A DNA stretch of 64,000 bases from an uncultured Acidobacteriota bacterium (GTDB lineage: Bacteria > Acidobacteriota > Terriglobia > Acidiferrales > UBA7541). Numbering within the stretch: position 1 is the stretch's first letter; every line of letters begins with the position of its first letter. This document shows positions 1-12,424 of this stretch, in pieces. The stretch spans positions 149,340 to 213,339 of the forward strand of contig CAVOOU010000028.1 of the NCBI GenBank assembly GCA_963697645.1. Reading direction: 5' to 3'. A model generated the notes under the pieces. It worked only from the letters and a program-made list of their open reading frames with translations, did no database searches and was not told the origin of the DNA. Position numbers and translations under genes: made by a program.

Positions 1-898
1 GGCTATCGCAATGAGTTTCACGCCGGGTTGCAGCAGGCTTTCGGGAAGTATTTTGTCGTGGACGGCGAGTACATCTGGAAGTACACGCACAATGCCTATG
101 ACTTCAGCATCCTCGGCTCCACGCCAATTACTTTCCCGATCGCGTGGCATAACTCGAAGATTCCCGGCTATGCCATCCGCGCGAACGTCCCGAACTACCA
201 CGGTTTGACGGCGCTCGTCGTGATGTCCAGCGTTGCTGCTCGCTTCTTCAATCCGCAGATCGGTGGCGTGGGTGCAGTCCCGGTCACGCCGGGGAGCTTT
301 TCGCCCTTCCGAATTGACCACGACGAGAAATTCAATCTGACGGCCCACCTGCAATACCAGTTCGCCGAAGCGCGGACCGTGGGTTGGCTTCAATTGGCGG
401 TATGACAGCGGACTTGTAGCCGGACCCGTGCCTTGCGCGGGAGGTAGTTGCAACAATGGGCCAGCCGGCACAAGTGGCATGGGGGGAAATGACATCGTCG
501 ACGTCTCCGGCTTAAGCGCGGATCAACAGTTTCAGGCAGGGCTGTTTTGTGGCACGCAGTTTGCAGCCCCGCCGACCGCTGCGAACCCTCTCGGAACCAC
601 CATCAGTCCAAATAATCTGTGCCTCGCTTCGCAATACGGGTCGATACGACTGAAGGTACCGGCGCCCGATACCGAGGACCCCGATCACAATCCACCCCGA
701 GTCCATCAGCGCAACTTGTTTGATTTGGCCATCGGGCACGACAATCTTTTCCACGGTGACCGTTATAAGTGGAGTGTACAGCTCACCGCGGTCAACATCG
801 CCAATAAGGATGCAGTGTATAACTTCCTCTCGACCTTCAGCGGCACGCACTACGTGACTCCGCGCTCTCTGACGGCCGAGATCGGTTTCCACTTCTAG
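1..898 (+). CDS. TonB-dependent-receptor-like outer-membrane beta-barrel, C-terminal ~300 aa (5' end outside window); +1 frameshift near 367
   Basis: Frame 1 reads ..FRIDHDEKFNLTAHLQYQFA. Frame 2 then continues KRGPWVGFNWRYDSGLV.. and ends ..SLTAEIGFHF, a terminal aromatic typical of OM barrels. ORFs 28-405 and 428-898 are the two pieces. Confidence 0.7.
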
Positions 899-1164
899 CT
901 GACGAGTATCTCGGGAGGGCAGCGGGCTCTGTCGATAACGGAGTCCGCCGCCTTCTTTCTTCGGAATAGAATTCGCTCGAAAAACGGCAGACTGCCAAGC
1001 CCTGAAACTCGCCGTTGAAGCCGGCTTCGCACCCATTCGCGGCACGACGCGCCGATTTGACTGATTTCCAGTTGCAACTCATTTTCAACTGAAGTATCGT
1101 TTGCAGTTGTAAATCAGTTTCAACTGCAAACCGGGGCTGCCGCTCCAATGAAAAAGGGGTTGCT

Positions 1165-2043
1165 TTGAATTGGCTGCGAGCTTTCCTCTGCTTGGCTATC
1201 CTTGCATCCTCCGCGGTGGCGTTCACTCGTGCCGCGCGCGCGCAGGACACCCGCTACTTCGTCGCGTACTCACACCACTTGGAGGAACCCGGCACTTTGG
1301 AAGTTGAGTTCGACACGACCTACGGCACGCAGAAAATGGGCAACGCCTTCGTCGCACCCTGGGTGGAGCTGGAATACGGCGCCACGGGCTGGTGGACCAC
1401 GGAGTTCTATCTCGATACTCAATCGACTTTCAACGACAGCACTCTTTTCACCGGCTTTCGCTGGGAGAATCGCTTTCGCCCGTTGATGCGCGAGCATTGG
1501 ATTAATCCCGTGCTGTACGTCGAGTACGAAAACATTAGCGGCGCAGACAAGACCATCAAGGAAGTGGTCGGCTTCGACAATCAGTCGGATTTCTCCGTGC
1601 CGAATTCCGAGTTGAGCAAGGAACACAACCACGAAATCGAGACCAAGCTGATTCTCTCCAGCGATTATAAGGGCTGGAACATCTCCGAAAATTTCATCGG
1701 CGAAAAGAATCTCGGACACCAGCCGTGGGAATTCGGTTATGCGTGGGGAGTGAGCCGGCCCCTACGGTTGGCTGCCACTTCGGAGCGCTGCAATTTCTGT
1801 AGCGAGAATTTTGTCGTGGGCGCAGAAATGTATGGAGGACTTGGAACGGCGGCTCGGCTCACGCTCTCCGGCACCTCGCATTATTTCGCGCCGCTGGTCG
1901 CGTGGGAGTTGCCGAATGGAGTTTCGTTCACCGTTTCGCCAGGTTTTGGGTTGAATGACAACTCGCACCGCCTGCTTCTACGCTGGGGTGTGACCTATGA
2001 AATCAGCGGCTTCGGACGCAAGGTGAGGAGCCTATTCCAATGA
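1165..2043 (+). CDS. secreted hypothetical protein, probable outer-membrane beta-barrel
   Basis: 292-aa ORF with TTG start and signal peptide MNWLRAFLCLAILASSAVAFTRAARAQ. Aromatic-rich, strand-like composition. Its stop overlaps the next start (ATGA at 2040). Confidence 0.6.
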   Translation: MNWLRAFLCLAILASSAVAFTRAARAQDTRYFVAYSHHLEEPGTLEVEFDTTYGTQKMGNAFVAPWVELEYGATGWWTTEFYLDTQSTFNDSTLFTGFRWENRFRPLMREHWINPVLYVEYENISGADKTIKEVVGFDNQSDFSVPNSELSKEHNHEIETKLILSSDYKGWNISENFIGEKNLGHQPWEFGYAWGVSRPLRLAATSERCNFCSENFVVGAEMYGGLGTAARLTLSGTSHYFAPLVAWELPNGVSFTVSPGFGLNDNSHRLLLRWGVTYEISGFGRKVRSLFQ

Positions 2044-2456
2044 CGCGGCCGCGCCTGTTGTCGCTCGCAGCGATGCTCGCAACATCGATGGCCTTTGCTT
2101 TCGCGGGTGCGGCGCGAGAGAGGGAGCGAGCCACCGACGATCGCGGCGTTCTCATGGCGATCGCACAGGCGCCGGCAAAGGCGCGCGACTGGAAAAATCC
2201 CTATGAAGGCGATCCGGACGCCCTTCTCGCGGGCAAAAAACTTTACCTGCAGCATTGCGCCGAGTGCCACGGAAAAAATGCGCGCGGCATGCGCAACGCA
2301 GTCAATCTTCGGAGCCCGCAGGTGCAAAACGCCACGCCCGGCGAGCTCGTTTGGTTCTTGAGCAACGGGAATTTATTTCACGGGATGCCGTCGTGGTCCG
2401 GCCTGCCCGAGCAGCGCCGCTGGCAAATCGTCACGTACCTCAAATCCCTTCGCTGA
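2040..2456 (+). CDS. class I c-type cytochrome
   Basis: Signal peptide, a single CAECH haem-binding motif, and a candidate distal Met in HGMPSW. Translationally coupled to the upstream ORF. Confidence 0.8.
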   Translation: MTRPRLLSLAAMLATSMAFAFAGAARERERATDDRGVLMAIAQAPAKARDWKNPYEGDPDALLAGKKLYLQHCAECHGKNARGMRNAVNLRSPQVQNATPGELVWFLSNGNLFHGMPSWSGLPEQRRWQIVTYLKSLR

Positions 2457-2521
2457 CATTTCGCTTCGCCGACACTCGCGTGTACCAACGCGGTGCGCCA
2501 TCGAGCCGCGCGCGCGATTCC

Positions 2522-2530
2522 TGTTACAAT
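2522..2530 (+). promoter_or_regulatory. extended -10 promoter element TGTTACAAT
   Basis: TGn-TACAAT lies about 7 nt upstream of the GGAG.. start of the structured non-coding region. Confidence 0.4.
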
Positions 2531-2537
2531 ATCGCGT

Positions 2538-2740
2538 GGAGTTGGCCTGCAACGCAGGTGTCGTTGCGAAAGCCTATTTGAACCAACACTGGATCCCCGG
2601 GAGCCCGCGTCGTCCTGCCCTTGTGCAATCCTGGGCCGGCTTGCCGGCTCGCGACAGCCTTAAAGCAGGCGCAGGGCACCCACTTATTCGTGGGGTTCAG
2701 GGCCTAGTAACGCACGGCGGAGTGGACCGCTCCTAAAATT
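2538..2740 (+). ncRNA. candidate ~200-nt structured sRNA, 6S-RNA-like
   Basis: 330-nt gap with no credible ORF. 5' GGAGUUGGCC can pair with 3' GGACCGCUCC. Internal hairpins: GCAACG/CGUUGC, GCCGGC-UU-GCCGGC, CCCAC/GUGGG. The segments AGCCUUAAA and GGGGUUCAGGG..CGGCGGAG resemble the 3' half of E. coli 6S RNA as I recall it. Confidence 0.4.
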
Positions 2741-2787
2741 CCGGCTGCTTCGCCGCCGCGCGCCAATCTGATTTCAGAAAGCGAAAC

Positions 2788-3570
2788 GTGCAAATTTTAT
2801 TCGTGGGAGACATCGTCGGGTCGCCCGGCCGCAAAATCGTTCACGACCGCCTGAACGACATCCTTGCGCAGCGCCGCATCGATCTCTGCATTGCTAACGG
2901 TGAGAATTCCGCGTCGGGCTTTGGTATCACACCGCGCCTGGCCGAAGAACTTTTCTCCTGCGGAATCGAAGTGCTCACGGGCGGCAATCACATCTGGGAC
3001 CGCAAGGAGATTCTGGATTTTTTCCCGCACGAGCCGCGCCTGCTGCGCCCCGCGAATTTTCCGAATGGACTTCCCGGCGCGGGTCTTTACGTCGGCAAGA
3101 CGAAAACCGGCATCGGCTACGCCGTAATGAATCTGCAGGGACGAACCTTCATGGCCTCGCTCGATGATCCCTTCCGCACCGCCGATCGCGAGCGCGCAAA
3201 AATTCCGGCGGACGTGAAAGTAATCGTTGTCGATATGCACGCGGAAGCTACATCCGAAAAGCAGGCCATGGGCTGGTATCTCGACGGCAAAGTTTCCGCC
3301 GTGCTGGGCACGCACACCCACGTGCCCACAGCCGACGAGCATGTTCTTCCCGGCGGCACGGCCTACATCACCGACGCCGGCATGACCGGCCCGCACGATT
3401 CCGTGATCGGCATGGAAAAGCAGGGCGTGCTGCAGCGCTTCCTCGACGCAATGCCCGCGCGCTTCGTGGTAGCCGAAGGCGACGTGCAGATGAACACCGT
3501 GCTGCTCGATATCGACGAATCCACCGGCCGCGCCCGCTCGATCCAGCGCCTCAATTTCCGCCTGGACTGA
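2788..3570 (+). CDS. ymdB: YmdB-like metallophosphoesterase (TIGR00282 family)
   Basis: MQILFVGDIVGSPGR.., NGENSASGFGIT, GGNHIWD and DMHAEATSEK motifs; 260 aa. Confidence 0.8.
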   Translation: MQILFVGDIVGSPGRKIVHDRLNDILAQRRIDLCIANGENSASGFGITPRLAEELFSCGIEVLTGGNHIWDRKEILDFFPHEPRLLRPANFPNGLPGAGLYVGKTKTGIGYAVMNLQGRTFMASLDDPFRTADRERAKIPADVKVIVVDMHAEATSEKQAMGWYLDGKVSAVLGTHTHVPTADEHVLPGGTAYITDAGMTGPHDSVIGMEKQGVLQRFLDAMPARFVVAEGDVQMNTVLLDIDESTGRARSIQRLNFRLD

Positions 3571-3642
3571 TCGAAGAAAATCTCAGCCCCCAACCGCTTG
3601 CGCCCAACCAACAAGCGAGGATGCATTCGCACCTAACCTGCT

Positions 3643-4731
3643 TCACGGCCAGTCCGCAAACATCGTATCTACCGGCCCGCCCGTCCAGTAGGCGTAAAAT
3701 CCCTCGTCACACGACTGGAACGTCTTCCCGTACTTCCCTTCGAAATGCTTGCCCCAATGTGGCCGGCTCCCGTCTGCATCGACAAAAGCGTACTCGTCGG
3801 ATAATCCCCACGTGCTGAACACTCGCCCCGATTTTTTCATGATATCGGGATCGGCGGCGAGCGCCGCTACGGCTCGTCCTGCATAGAGAGGTGTTTCCGA
3901 GACGGCATAGTCCGGATTTTTCTTCACCGCGTCGCGCCAATTCGCCTCCGTCACGCCGAAACGCTCCAGCATCACCTCCGACCGCAGAAATCCCGGCGTC
4001 AGCGCAATCGCCGCCACATTTTTGCGTCGCAGTTCGCGCGCCATCGCAAACGCCAGCCGGATCACCGTCGTCTTCACCATGTCGAAAATCAGGTGCCCGC
4101 GGTACACATAGGAATCGCCGTCTCCGATCTCGACAATCAAGCCGCTTGTGCCTTCCGCCTTCGCTGTTTCGATCATGAGCGGCGCGGCAAACCTGCTGGT
4201 GATGATGTGCGTGTGAATCGCGTTGCGAAACATCGCGAAGCCTCGCTCCAGGTCGATATTCCAGAACGTCTGCCCGAATTCGTACTCCGCGCTTTCCGAG
4301 ATATCGTTGACCAGAATATTCAGCTTTCTCTGCTCCGAGCGAATCCGCGCCACTAGTTTTTCCACTTGCCCTGGCTCCAGATGATCGACCACAACCGCGA
4401 TTCCTTTGCCGCCGCGCGCCGTTACAAGTTCAGCCGTCTCTTCAATCGTTTCCGGGCGGTTCGCGTAATAATCTGCCGGCCATAGTTTTTGACGCTCCTT
4501 TACGGCCCCGCCTCCGCGACGACGGCTGCGGGCCGCATTGGCGCTCAGGGCCGTTCGGCTGCTCCTTCCGGTGCAATACACTGTCGCGCCGGCTTCGCCC
4601 AGCGCCACGGCAATGCCGCGGCCCACACCACGCGTCGCGCCCGCGACAAGCGCCACTCGCCCCTTGAGAGGCTGGTTCTCGGTCCTGGCTTCGGGAACTC
4701 GCTTCGGGAGATTCTTTCTGGAACGTGGCAT
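3643..4731 (-). CDS. SDR-family oxidoreductase with C-terminal extension
   Basis: Rossmann motif VAGATRGVGRGIA. I place the start at the internal ATG (MPRSRKNL) at 4731, because the upstream part of the 472-aa ORF looks non-coding. Confidence 0.75.
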   Translation of the reverse strand: MPRSRKNLPKRVPEARTENQPLKGRVALVAGATRGVGRGIAVALGEAGATVYCTGRSSRTALSANAARSRRRGGGAVKERQKLWPADYYANRPETIEETAELVTARGGKGIAVVVDHLEPGQVEKLVARIRSEQRKLNILVNDISESAEYEFGQTFWNIDLERGFAMFRNAIHTHIITSRFAAPLMIETAKAEGTSGLIVEIGDGDSYVYRGHLIFDMVKTTVIRLAFAMARELRRKNVAAIALTPGFLRSEVMLERFGVTEANWRDAVKKNPDYAVSETPLYAGRAVAALAADPDIMKKSGRVFSTWGLSDEYAFVDADGSRPHWGKHFEGKYGKTFQSCDEGFYAYWTGGPVDTMFADWP

Positions 4732-4900
4732 CGCATCCTCCTCCGGCAGAAGCCTATTTATAAACGAATGTTCCTTTGTTGTCAGCGACTCGAATGGCCG
4801 CGCGCCCGGGTGCATCTCGGTGCTAACATCTTCGTCGCATACGTATGCAACTCGCAGCCCTCGGCGCGCGTCTCTTAGCTGGACTCGGTAAGTAGCCGGG

Positions 4901-5972
4901 ATGCCGGAAAAATTCATCAAAATTCTCTCGGACGTCTGCGCACACGTCACGCCGCATCCAGCTCGGCGCCGTTGCCGTTTGCATTCTTTTTCTTCTCGCG
5001 ACGGCACATCTCGCGCCAATCGCTGGCCAGAGTTCAGAACCGGAAATTCGCGCGCGCGCACGAGTGTTTACCGATGTCGCTGCCGGCTTGATCGGAATTA
5101 AACGCGACGCTGCCGGCCACTATTACGTAGTCGCTTCGCCTGCAAGCAAAGTTTTGGTTTTAAGCGCCGACGGCAAGCACGTCAGTGAGATTCCGAATGC
5201 GGCCGCTCAAGAACCCACTCCCCTGGACCCGAAGAAAAATCCCAAAATCGTATTCGCTGCTGACTTCGACGTGGATGCGAGCGGCCGCGTTCTCGTTGCT
5301 GATCGCGGCGCAAACAACGTCAAGATTTTCGCCGCCGATGGATCAATCGCCGGTGTGATTCCAATTCCCGCACCGACGTCGGTGGCCGCCCTTACCGGGA
5401 GCGAGTTTGCCGTCACATCGCTCCGCTACCACTGGCTAATGGGAATTTACGGATACGCAGGCACTCTCGTCCGCGCCATCGGCGATCCTGGAGATTTCGC
5501 GCATGGTGCTGACGCGCAGCACACTTCCGATCTCGGCCGTGTTTCATCGGACCCGGCAGGAAATCTTTATTACGTTTTTCTGTTCCTGCCCGAGCCCATG
5601 GTGCGAAGATTCGATCGCTTCGGCTTCGCGGGTACTGAGATCGCTTTCGACGAATTCGCGGCCGCCGCGCCCCATCACGAACCCTTCTCCGACTCTAACG
5701 ATAATCCGCGGCCCGTCAGGACGCAGATCAGTGCGCTCGCTGTTGATTCTGCCACGCAGGAAATTTGGATCGCGATCGGAAATGAATTGCGGCGCTTCGA
5801 CAAAAATGGCGTGCCCATTGGCTCGTATCGCACTTTGTCTCCTGCGGGCGCACCCTTGAGCGCGAAGGCAATCCTCGTCGAACCCGACCGATTGCTTCTC
5901 GGCACCGAGGCCTGGGGCATCTTCGATTTCGCCAAGCCCGCAAAAGCTCCCGCAAATTCATCTTTGCATTAA
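4901..5972 (+). CDS. secreted NHL-repeat/beta-propeller-like protein; 1-nt insertion just after the ATG
   Basis: Repeats such as VLVADRGANNVKIFAADGS. The frame of ORF 5064-5972 stays open upstream and encodes a signal-peptide-like GAVAVCILFLLATAHLA, but has no start codon. The ATG at 4901 is one frame off (atgCcgg). Confidence 0.55.
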
Positions 5973-6083
5973 CCAACATTAATCAACGCAAGCCGTTCTC
6001 GAAAATTTCCGCGCGCAAGAATATTTTGTAAGAAAGCAATAGGAAAATTCACGCAAAAATAATTTTGGCTTCGCCTCGCGTCC

Positions 6084-6324
6084 TGTGGAAAACCTGTGAG
6101 TAATGTGTGGAGTCCGCTCATATCGTTCGCTCAATTTTCTCTTGCTGTCTTCCTCGCGTTTAGGCAGAATCCCGTCTCGCGATTCTCTTAAATGCGGGTA
6201 AACGCGAGCACTCATCGTACGTTGCACACGCGGGCGCGGGGTGCGACAAACTCTGAAAGGCCAGACTAAAAGCCTCACCCAGTCAGGAATCGATTTTCCA
6301 CAGCATTTCCACACCAGTGGAAAT
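6084..6324. promoter_or_regulatory. DnaA-box-like motifs upstream of and overlapping the dnaA start region
   Basis: TGTGGAAAA (6084-6092), TGTGGAGTC (6106-6114), TTTTCCACA (6294-6302), ATTTCCACA (6305-6313), GTGGAAATT (6317-6325). Each is 1-2 mismatches from TTATCCACA. Confidence 0.55.
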
Positions 6325-6346
6325 TGCGCGGGGGCTAACTTTTGCT

Positions 6347-7663
6347 ATGAATTTGTGGGACAAGATACTTCAGCATACTGAGCGGCGCGTCAATCCCCAC
6401 AGTTTCGCCACATGGTTCCGTCCTACTCGCCAGGAATCGGCTGAGAACGATCGCCTGGTCGTTCGCGTTCCTACGCGGCTCTTCTGTAAGCGCTTAGCTG
6501 AAACCTACGGCGAGCTCTTGCAAGCCGTGCTCACCGAAATCGGCAAGCCGCAAGTAGTACTCGAATACGTGTGCGCGGAAGTGGAACCGGTGCCAGCCAA
6601 TCCCTCCGCTCCGCAAGCGCAGGCCAAGCTCGATTTTGATTCTACGGTTCCCCAGCTCAATCCGCGGTATACATTTGACACATTCATCGTCGGCGCATCG
6701 AATCAGTTTGCGCACGCAGCCGCCGTCGCCGTGGCCGAGCAGCCATCCAAATCTTATAACCCTTTGTTTTTGTACGGCGGAGTCGGACTTGGCAAGACTC
6801 ACCTCATGCAAGCGATCGGCCACTCGCTCAAGCGTCGCGATCCGTCGCTTCGACTCACCTACGTCAGCGCGGAAAAATTTACCAACGAGGTGATTTCCTC
6901 GATTCGTTTCGAGCGCATGGCCGCATTTCGCGAGCGCTTCCGAACTATGGATGTCCTTATGATTGACGACATCCAGTTCATCGCCACCCGCGAACGCACG
7001 CAGGAAGAATTTTTCCATACCTTCAACGCGCTCTACGACCAGCAGAAGCAGATCGTGATCTCCTCCGACTGCCCGCCCAAGGAAATCTCGTCGATTGAAG
7101 AGCGCCTGCGCTCGCGCTTCGAATGGGGACTCATCGCGGACATTCAGCCGCCCGACCTCGAAACCAAAATCGCGATTCTGCAGAAGAAGGGCGAGAACGA
7201 GCACGTCCAGATTCCAGACGACGTCGCCGAATACATCGCCCGCGCCATCAAGTCCAACATCCGCGAGCTCGAGGGCGCTCTGATCCGCCTGATGGCCTAC
7301 GCTTCGCTCACCGGCGCGCACATCGATCTGCCCACGGCGCAGCAGGTGCTGAAGAACCTGATCGACACGCAGGAAAAGAAAGTCACCATCGAACAGATTC
7401 AGAAGCGCGTCGGCGAAGTGTACGGTATTCGCGCCCAGGATCTGAAAGTGCGCAGCAATTCGAGGGTGATTGCTTTCCCGCGCCAGGTCGCCATGTTCCT
7501 TGTGAAACAGCTCACGTCCGCTTCGCTGCCGGAAATCGGCCGGCAATTCGGCGGCAAGCATCACACTACCGTGCTTCACTCGATTCACAAAATTGCCAAC
7601 CAGCGCCAGACCGACAAAGAATTGAACAAAACGATCAACAGGCTACTCGACTCGTTCGGTTAG
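6347..7663 (+). CDS. dnaA: chromosomal replication initiator protein DnaA
   Basis: Walker A GGVGLGKTHL, box VII, and the C-terminal DNA-binding helix GGKHHTTVLHSIHKI. The ATG at 6347 (MNLWDKIL) is preferred over the GTG at 6317, which lies inside a DnaA box. Confidence 0.95.
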   Translation: MNLWDKILQHTERRVNPHSFATWFRPTRQESAENDRLVVRVPTRLFCKRLAETYGELLQAVLTEIGKPQVVLEYVCAEVEPVPANPSAPQAQAKLDFDSTVPQLNPRYTFDTFIVGASNQFAHAAAVAVAEQPSKSYNPLFLYGGVGLGKTHLMQAIGHSLKRRDPSLRLTYVSAEKFTNEVISSIRFERMAAFRERFRTMDVLMIDDIQFIATRERTQEEFFHTFNALYDQQKQIVISSDCPPKEISSIEERLRSRFEWGLIADIQPPDLETKIAILQKKGENEHVQIPDDVAEYIARAIKSNIRELEGALIRLMAYASLTGAHIDLPTAQQVLKNLIDTQEKKVTIEQIQKRVGEVYGIRAQDLKVRSNSRVIAFPRQVAMFLVKQLTSASLPEIGRQFGGKHHTTVLHSIHKIANQRQTDKELNKTINRLLDSFG

Positions 7664-7941
7664 ACTTAGCGGTTTGGCTCGCCGTCCGCGCGCTTTCACC
7701 CTGTGGACGCCCTGTGGAAGTTACCGCCAGCGCGTCGGTAGAAGCTCCAAGGGCGCGAGTTACCCACCGGCCGCGCGGGTTTCCACAACGCAGTCGAACT
7801 ACTAACCGCCGGTGGGAATAGCACTTATACCGTTTTCCGCAATCTCCACAGATGCGGCGACGGCGACGGGTTTTCTTATACTTACTTTATTCAAATAAAG
7901 AAAAGCAGTACAGTAGCCGCAGCCACAAAGGGGATTAACGC
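7664..7941. other. candidate oriC (dnaA-dnaN intergenic region)
   Basis: Box-like motifs TGTGGACGC (7703), TGTGGAAGT (7714), GTTTCCACA (7779), TTTTCCGCA (7834), ATCTCCACA (7842). They are followed by an AT-rich stretch, tttcttatacttactttattcaaataaagaaaag (about 7868-7905). Confidence 0.55.
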
Positions 7942-7998
7942 ATGACGGAAGCGACGGCGTCTGCCCGTGCCACTCACGAAGAAAAAGGAACTGGCCCG

Positions 7999-9111
7999 AT
8001 GGAATTCAGCGTAAAGAAGTTTGACCTGCTCGAAGAGCTGCAGCTCACGCAGGGCGTCGTCGAACGCAAGACGACCATTCCGATCCTCTCGAATCTGCTG
8101 TTCGAGGCCAAGGGCAATCGCCTCACGATCACCGCCACCGATCTCGAGCTCAGTATTCGCACGTCCTGCGAAGCCAAGGTGAAGAAAGAAGGCGCCGGCA
8201 CGATCCCCGCAAAAAAACTTCTCGAGCTCGTGCGCCTGCTGCCCGAAGAGGAAATTCGCTTCAAGCTTCTCGAGAACCACTGGGTCCAGGTCACCAGCGA
8301 TCGCCGCAACTACAAGCTCGTTGGCATGTCCAAGGAAAATTTCCCCGCGCTGCCGCAGTTTCCGCACGCGCTCGTGAAAATTCCCGCCAAGCTTCTCGCC
8401 GACCTGATCGCCAAGACCACCTTCGCCATTTCGCTCGAAGAATCGCGCTACACGCTCAACGGCGCGCTCATGGTCCTCAAGCCCGGCTCGATCACCATGG
8501 TTGCCACCGACGGCCACCGCCTCGCCATGGTCGAGCGCGACCACAAATTCGAAGGCTTCTCCGCCGAAACGCGCGTCCTCGTCCCCAAGAAGGCGATGAC
8601 CGAAGTGCAGCGCCTCGCCGCCGAATCAGGCGACGACGGCGAAGTGGAATTCGCGCAGGACGAAAGCCATCTCTTCTTCCAGTTCGGCCGCCGCCTCCTC
8701 ACCTCGCGCAAACTCACCGGCCAGTTCCCCAATTACGAAGCCGTGCTGCCGCGCGAAGTCACCAAAGTCGTCGTTCTCGAACGCGCCGAACTTCAGGATG
8801 CGCTGCGCCGCGTTTCGCAACTGGCCGACTCCCGCTCGCACGCCGTGAAATTCATGCTCGCCAAGGAAGGCCTCGAAATTTCCGCGTCGAGCCCCGAATA
8901 CGGCGAAGCCAAAGAAATAATCGAGAAAGAATTCAAAGGCGATCCAATCGCGATCGGCTTCAACGCCCAATATCTTCTCGATTTCCTAGCCGCCGCCACC
9001 GACGGCCCCATCAACTTCGAGCTAAAAGACGAACAATCCGCCGGCCAACTCCGCCCCGTCTCGGACGAGTCGACGCGTTACCGTTACGTCGTAATGCCCA
9101 TGCGCATCTGA
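7999..9111 (+). CDS. dnaN: DNA polymerase III beta sliding clamp
   Basis: Typical DnaN sequence MEFSVKKFDLLEELQLTQGVVERKTTIPILSNLL.. ending ..YRYVVMPMRI. The start is placed at the internal ATG preceded by AAGGAA. Confidence 0.95.
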   Translation: MEFSVKKFDLLEELQLTQGVVERKTTIPILSNLLFEAKGNRLTITATDLELSIRTSCEAKVKKEGAGTIPAKKLLELVRLLPEEEIRFKLLENHWVQVTSDRRNYKLVGMSKENFPALPQFPHALVKIPAKLLADLIAKTTFAISLEESRYTLNGALMVLKPGSITMVATDGHRLAMVERDHKFEGFSAETRVLVPKKAMTEVQRLAAESGDDGEVEFAQDESHLFFQFGRRLLTSRKLTGQFPNYEAVLPREVTKVVVLERAELQDALRRVSQLADSRSHAVKFMLAKEGLEISASSPEYGEAKEIIEKEFKGDPIAIGFNAQYLLDFLAAATDGPINFELKDEQSAGQLRPVSDESTRYRYVVMPMRI

Positions 9112-9643
9112 TCGCGCGTTCCGCAATTTTACTCAACGCCAATCTTTTTGCGAGAGCTTGGACACCTTTCTCTCCTCGATTTCGTCCCGATTTTTCATTC
9201 CCGCAGTGTCTGTACCTTGGGCTATTTTATTCTGCTTCGAACCTACCGTAACTCACTGAAATAAAAGGAGTAAGCGCCGTATCACCCAACCGATTTCTCT
9301 TGAGAATTCCGCCCGCATCCGGTAAAATGTGTAGTCTGCAATAGTGGTTCCAGCCGGAGCCGGTTCGCCTCAGACATTTTGCTCGCGCCAGGGCAAATTG
9401 AGGCCTCCCAATCCGGTTGTTCCCCTTCCGCGGGGGAGAATCAACGCTTCGCCGCGTCCCACCGAAAATTCGGAGCGGGACGGGATGGAGCAGCAACCCT
9501 TCGAGTCCCAGCTCGCATTCGTGCGAAGTCCGGGGCCAATGGGCAAGGCAAGTGTCGCGGCCTTCCGCCGACCGCCTTCCCGAGCAGTTCGCGATTTTCG
9601 CGCAGTTTATTTTTATTTTATGCGGTTCAGGTCGCGCTGTTAC

Positions 9644-9750
9644 GTCAGGGCACGGCTTCAGCCGTGCCGAAAGCAGCGCTTGATGGATGCGGCTTCAGCC
9701 GCTGAGGGATTTTCGGTTTTGTAGCGGCGGCCTTCAGGCCGTCCGTTTTT
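9644..9750. repeat. cluster of three REP-like hairpins (CTTCAG-loop family)
   Basis: GTCAGGGCACGGCTTCAGCCGTGCCGAAAG, GATGCGGCTTCAGCCGCTGAGGG, GTAGCGGCGGCCTTCAGGCCGTCCG. Near-identical units recur at 57.2 kb and 63.8 kb. Confidence 0.75.
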
Positions 9751-9754
9751 CTGA

Positions 9755-12168
<2,414 letters not shown>

Positions 12169-12172
12169 TTCC

Positions 12173-12424
12173 ATGATTTACCAACTCACATGGAAAATTC
12201 TGCCGGGCCTGCGCGGCCTCTCCTGCTCCGACTTCCGCGCCACGCCCACCGCCGCGCCCAACACCGAACAAGGCGTCGCCATCGATTGCGCGAGCGAGCG
12301 CGACTGCAACGCGCTGCTGCAAGAACTCGAATCGCACTTCGCCCCGCAGCGCTTCACAAACAACGCCTCGGCCTTCGAAACCGTGAAAACCTACGTCATC
12401 GAAAAAATGGCGAGGAAGCTATGA
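12173..12424 (+). CDS. small hypothetical protein (83 aa)
   Basis: The ATG is 4 nt after the gyrB stop, and the composition looks coding. I recognise no homology. Confidence 0.4.
   Translation: MIYQLTWKILPGLRGLSCSDFRATPTAAPNTEQGVAIDCASERDCNALLQELESHFAPQRFTNNASAFETVKTYVIEKMARKL

Noticed and set aside
6494-7588. 364-aa ORF antisense to dnaA. Similar long antisense ORFs are at 9734-10879, 13840-15213, 37987-38772 and 62548-63516.
   Set aside because: These are shadow ORFs typical of GC-rich DNA. They lie opposite unambiguous conserved genes, are rich in Arg/Ala/Gly/Asp, and have no motifs.
9330-9620. RNase P RNA. GCGAAGUCCGGGGCCAAUGGGCAAGG resembles the CR-I region GGAAAGUCCGGGCUCCAUAGGGCAGGG.
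   Set aside because: Only this one short stretch matches. I could not find the other universally conserved regions (for example ACAGAA.., AGGGUGAAA..GGUAAG). The segment is also too short for a type A RNase P RNA.
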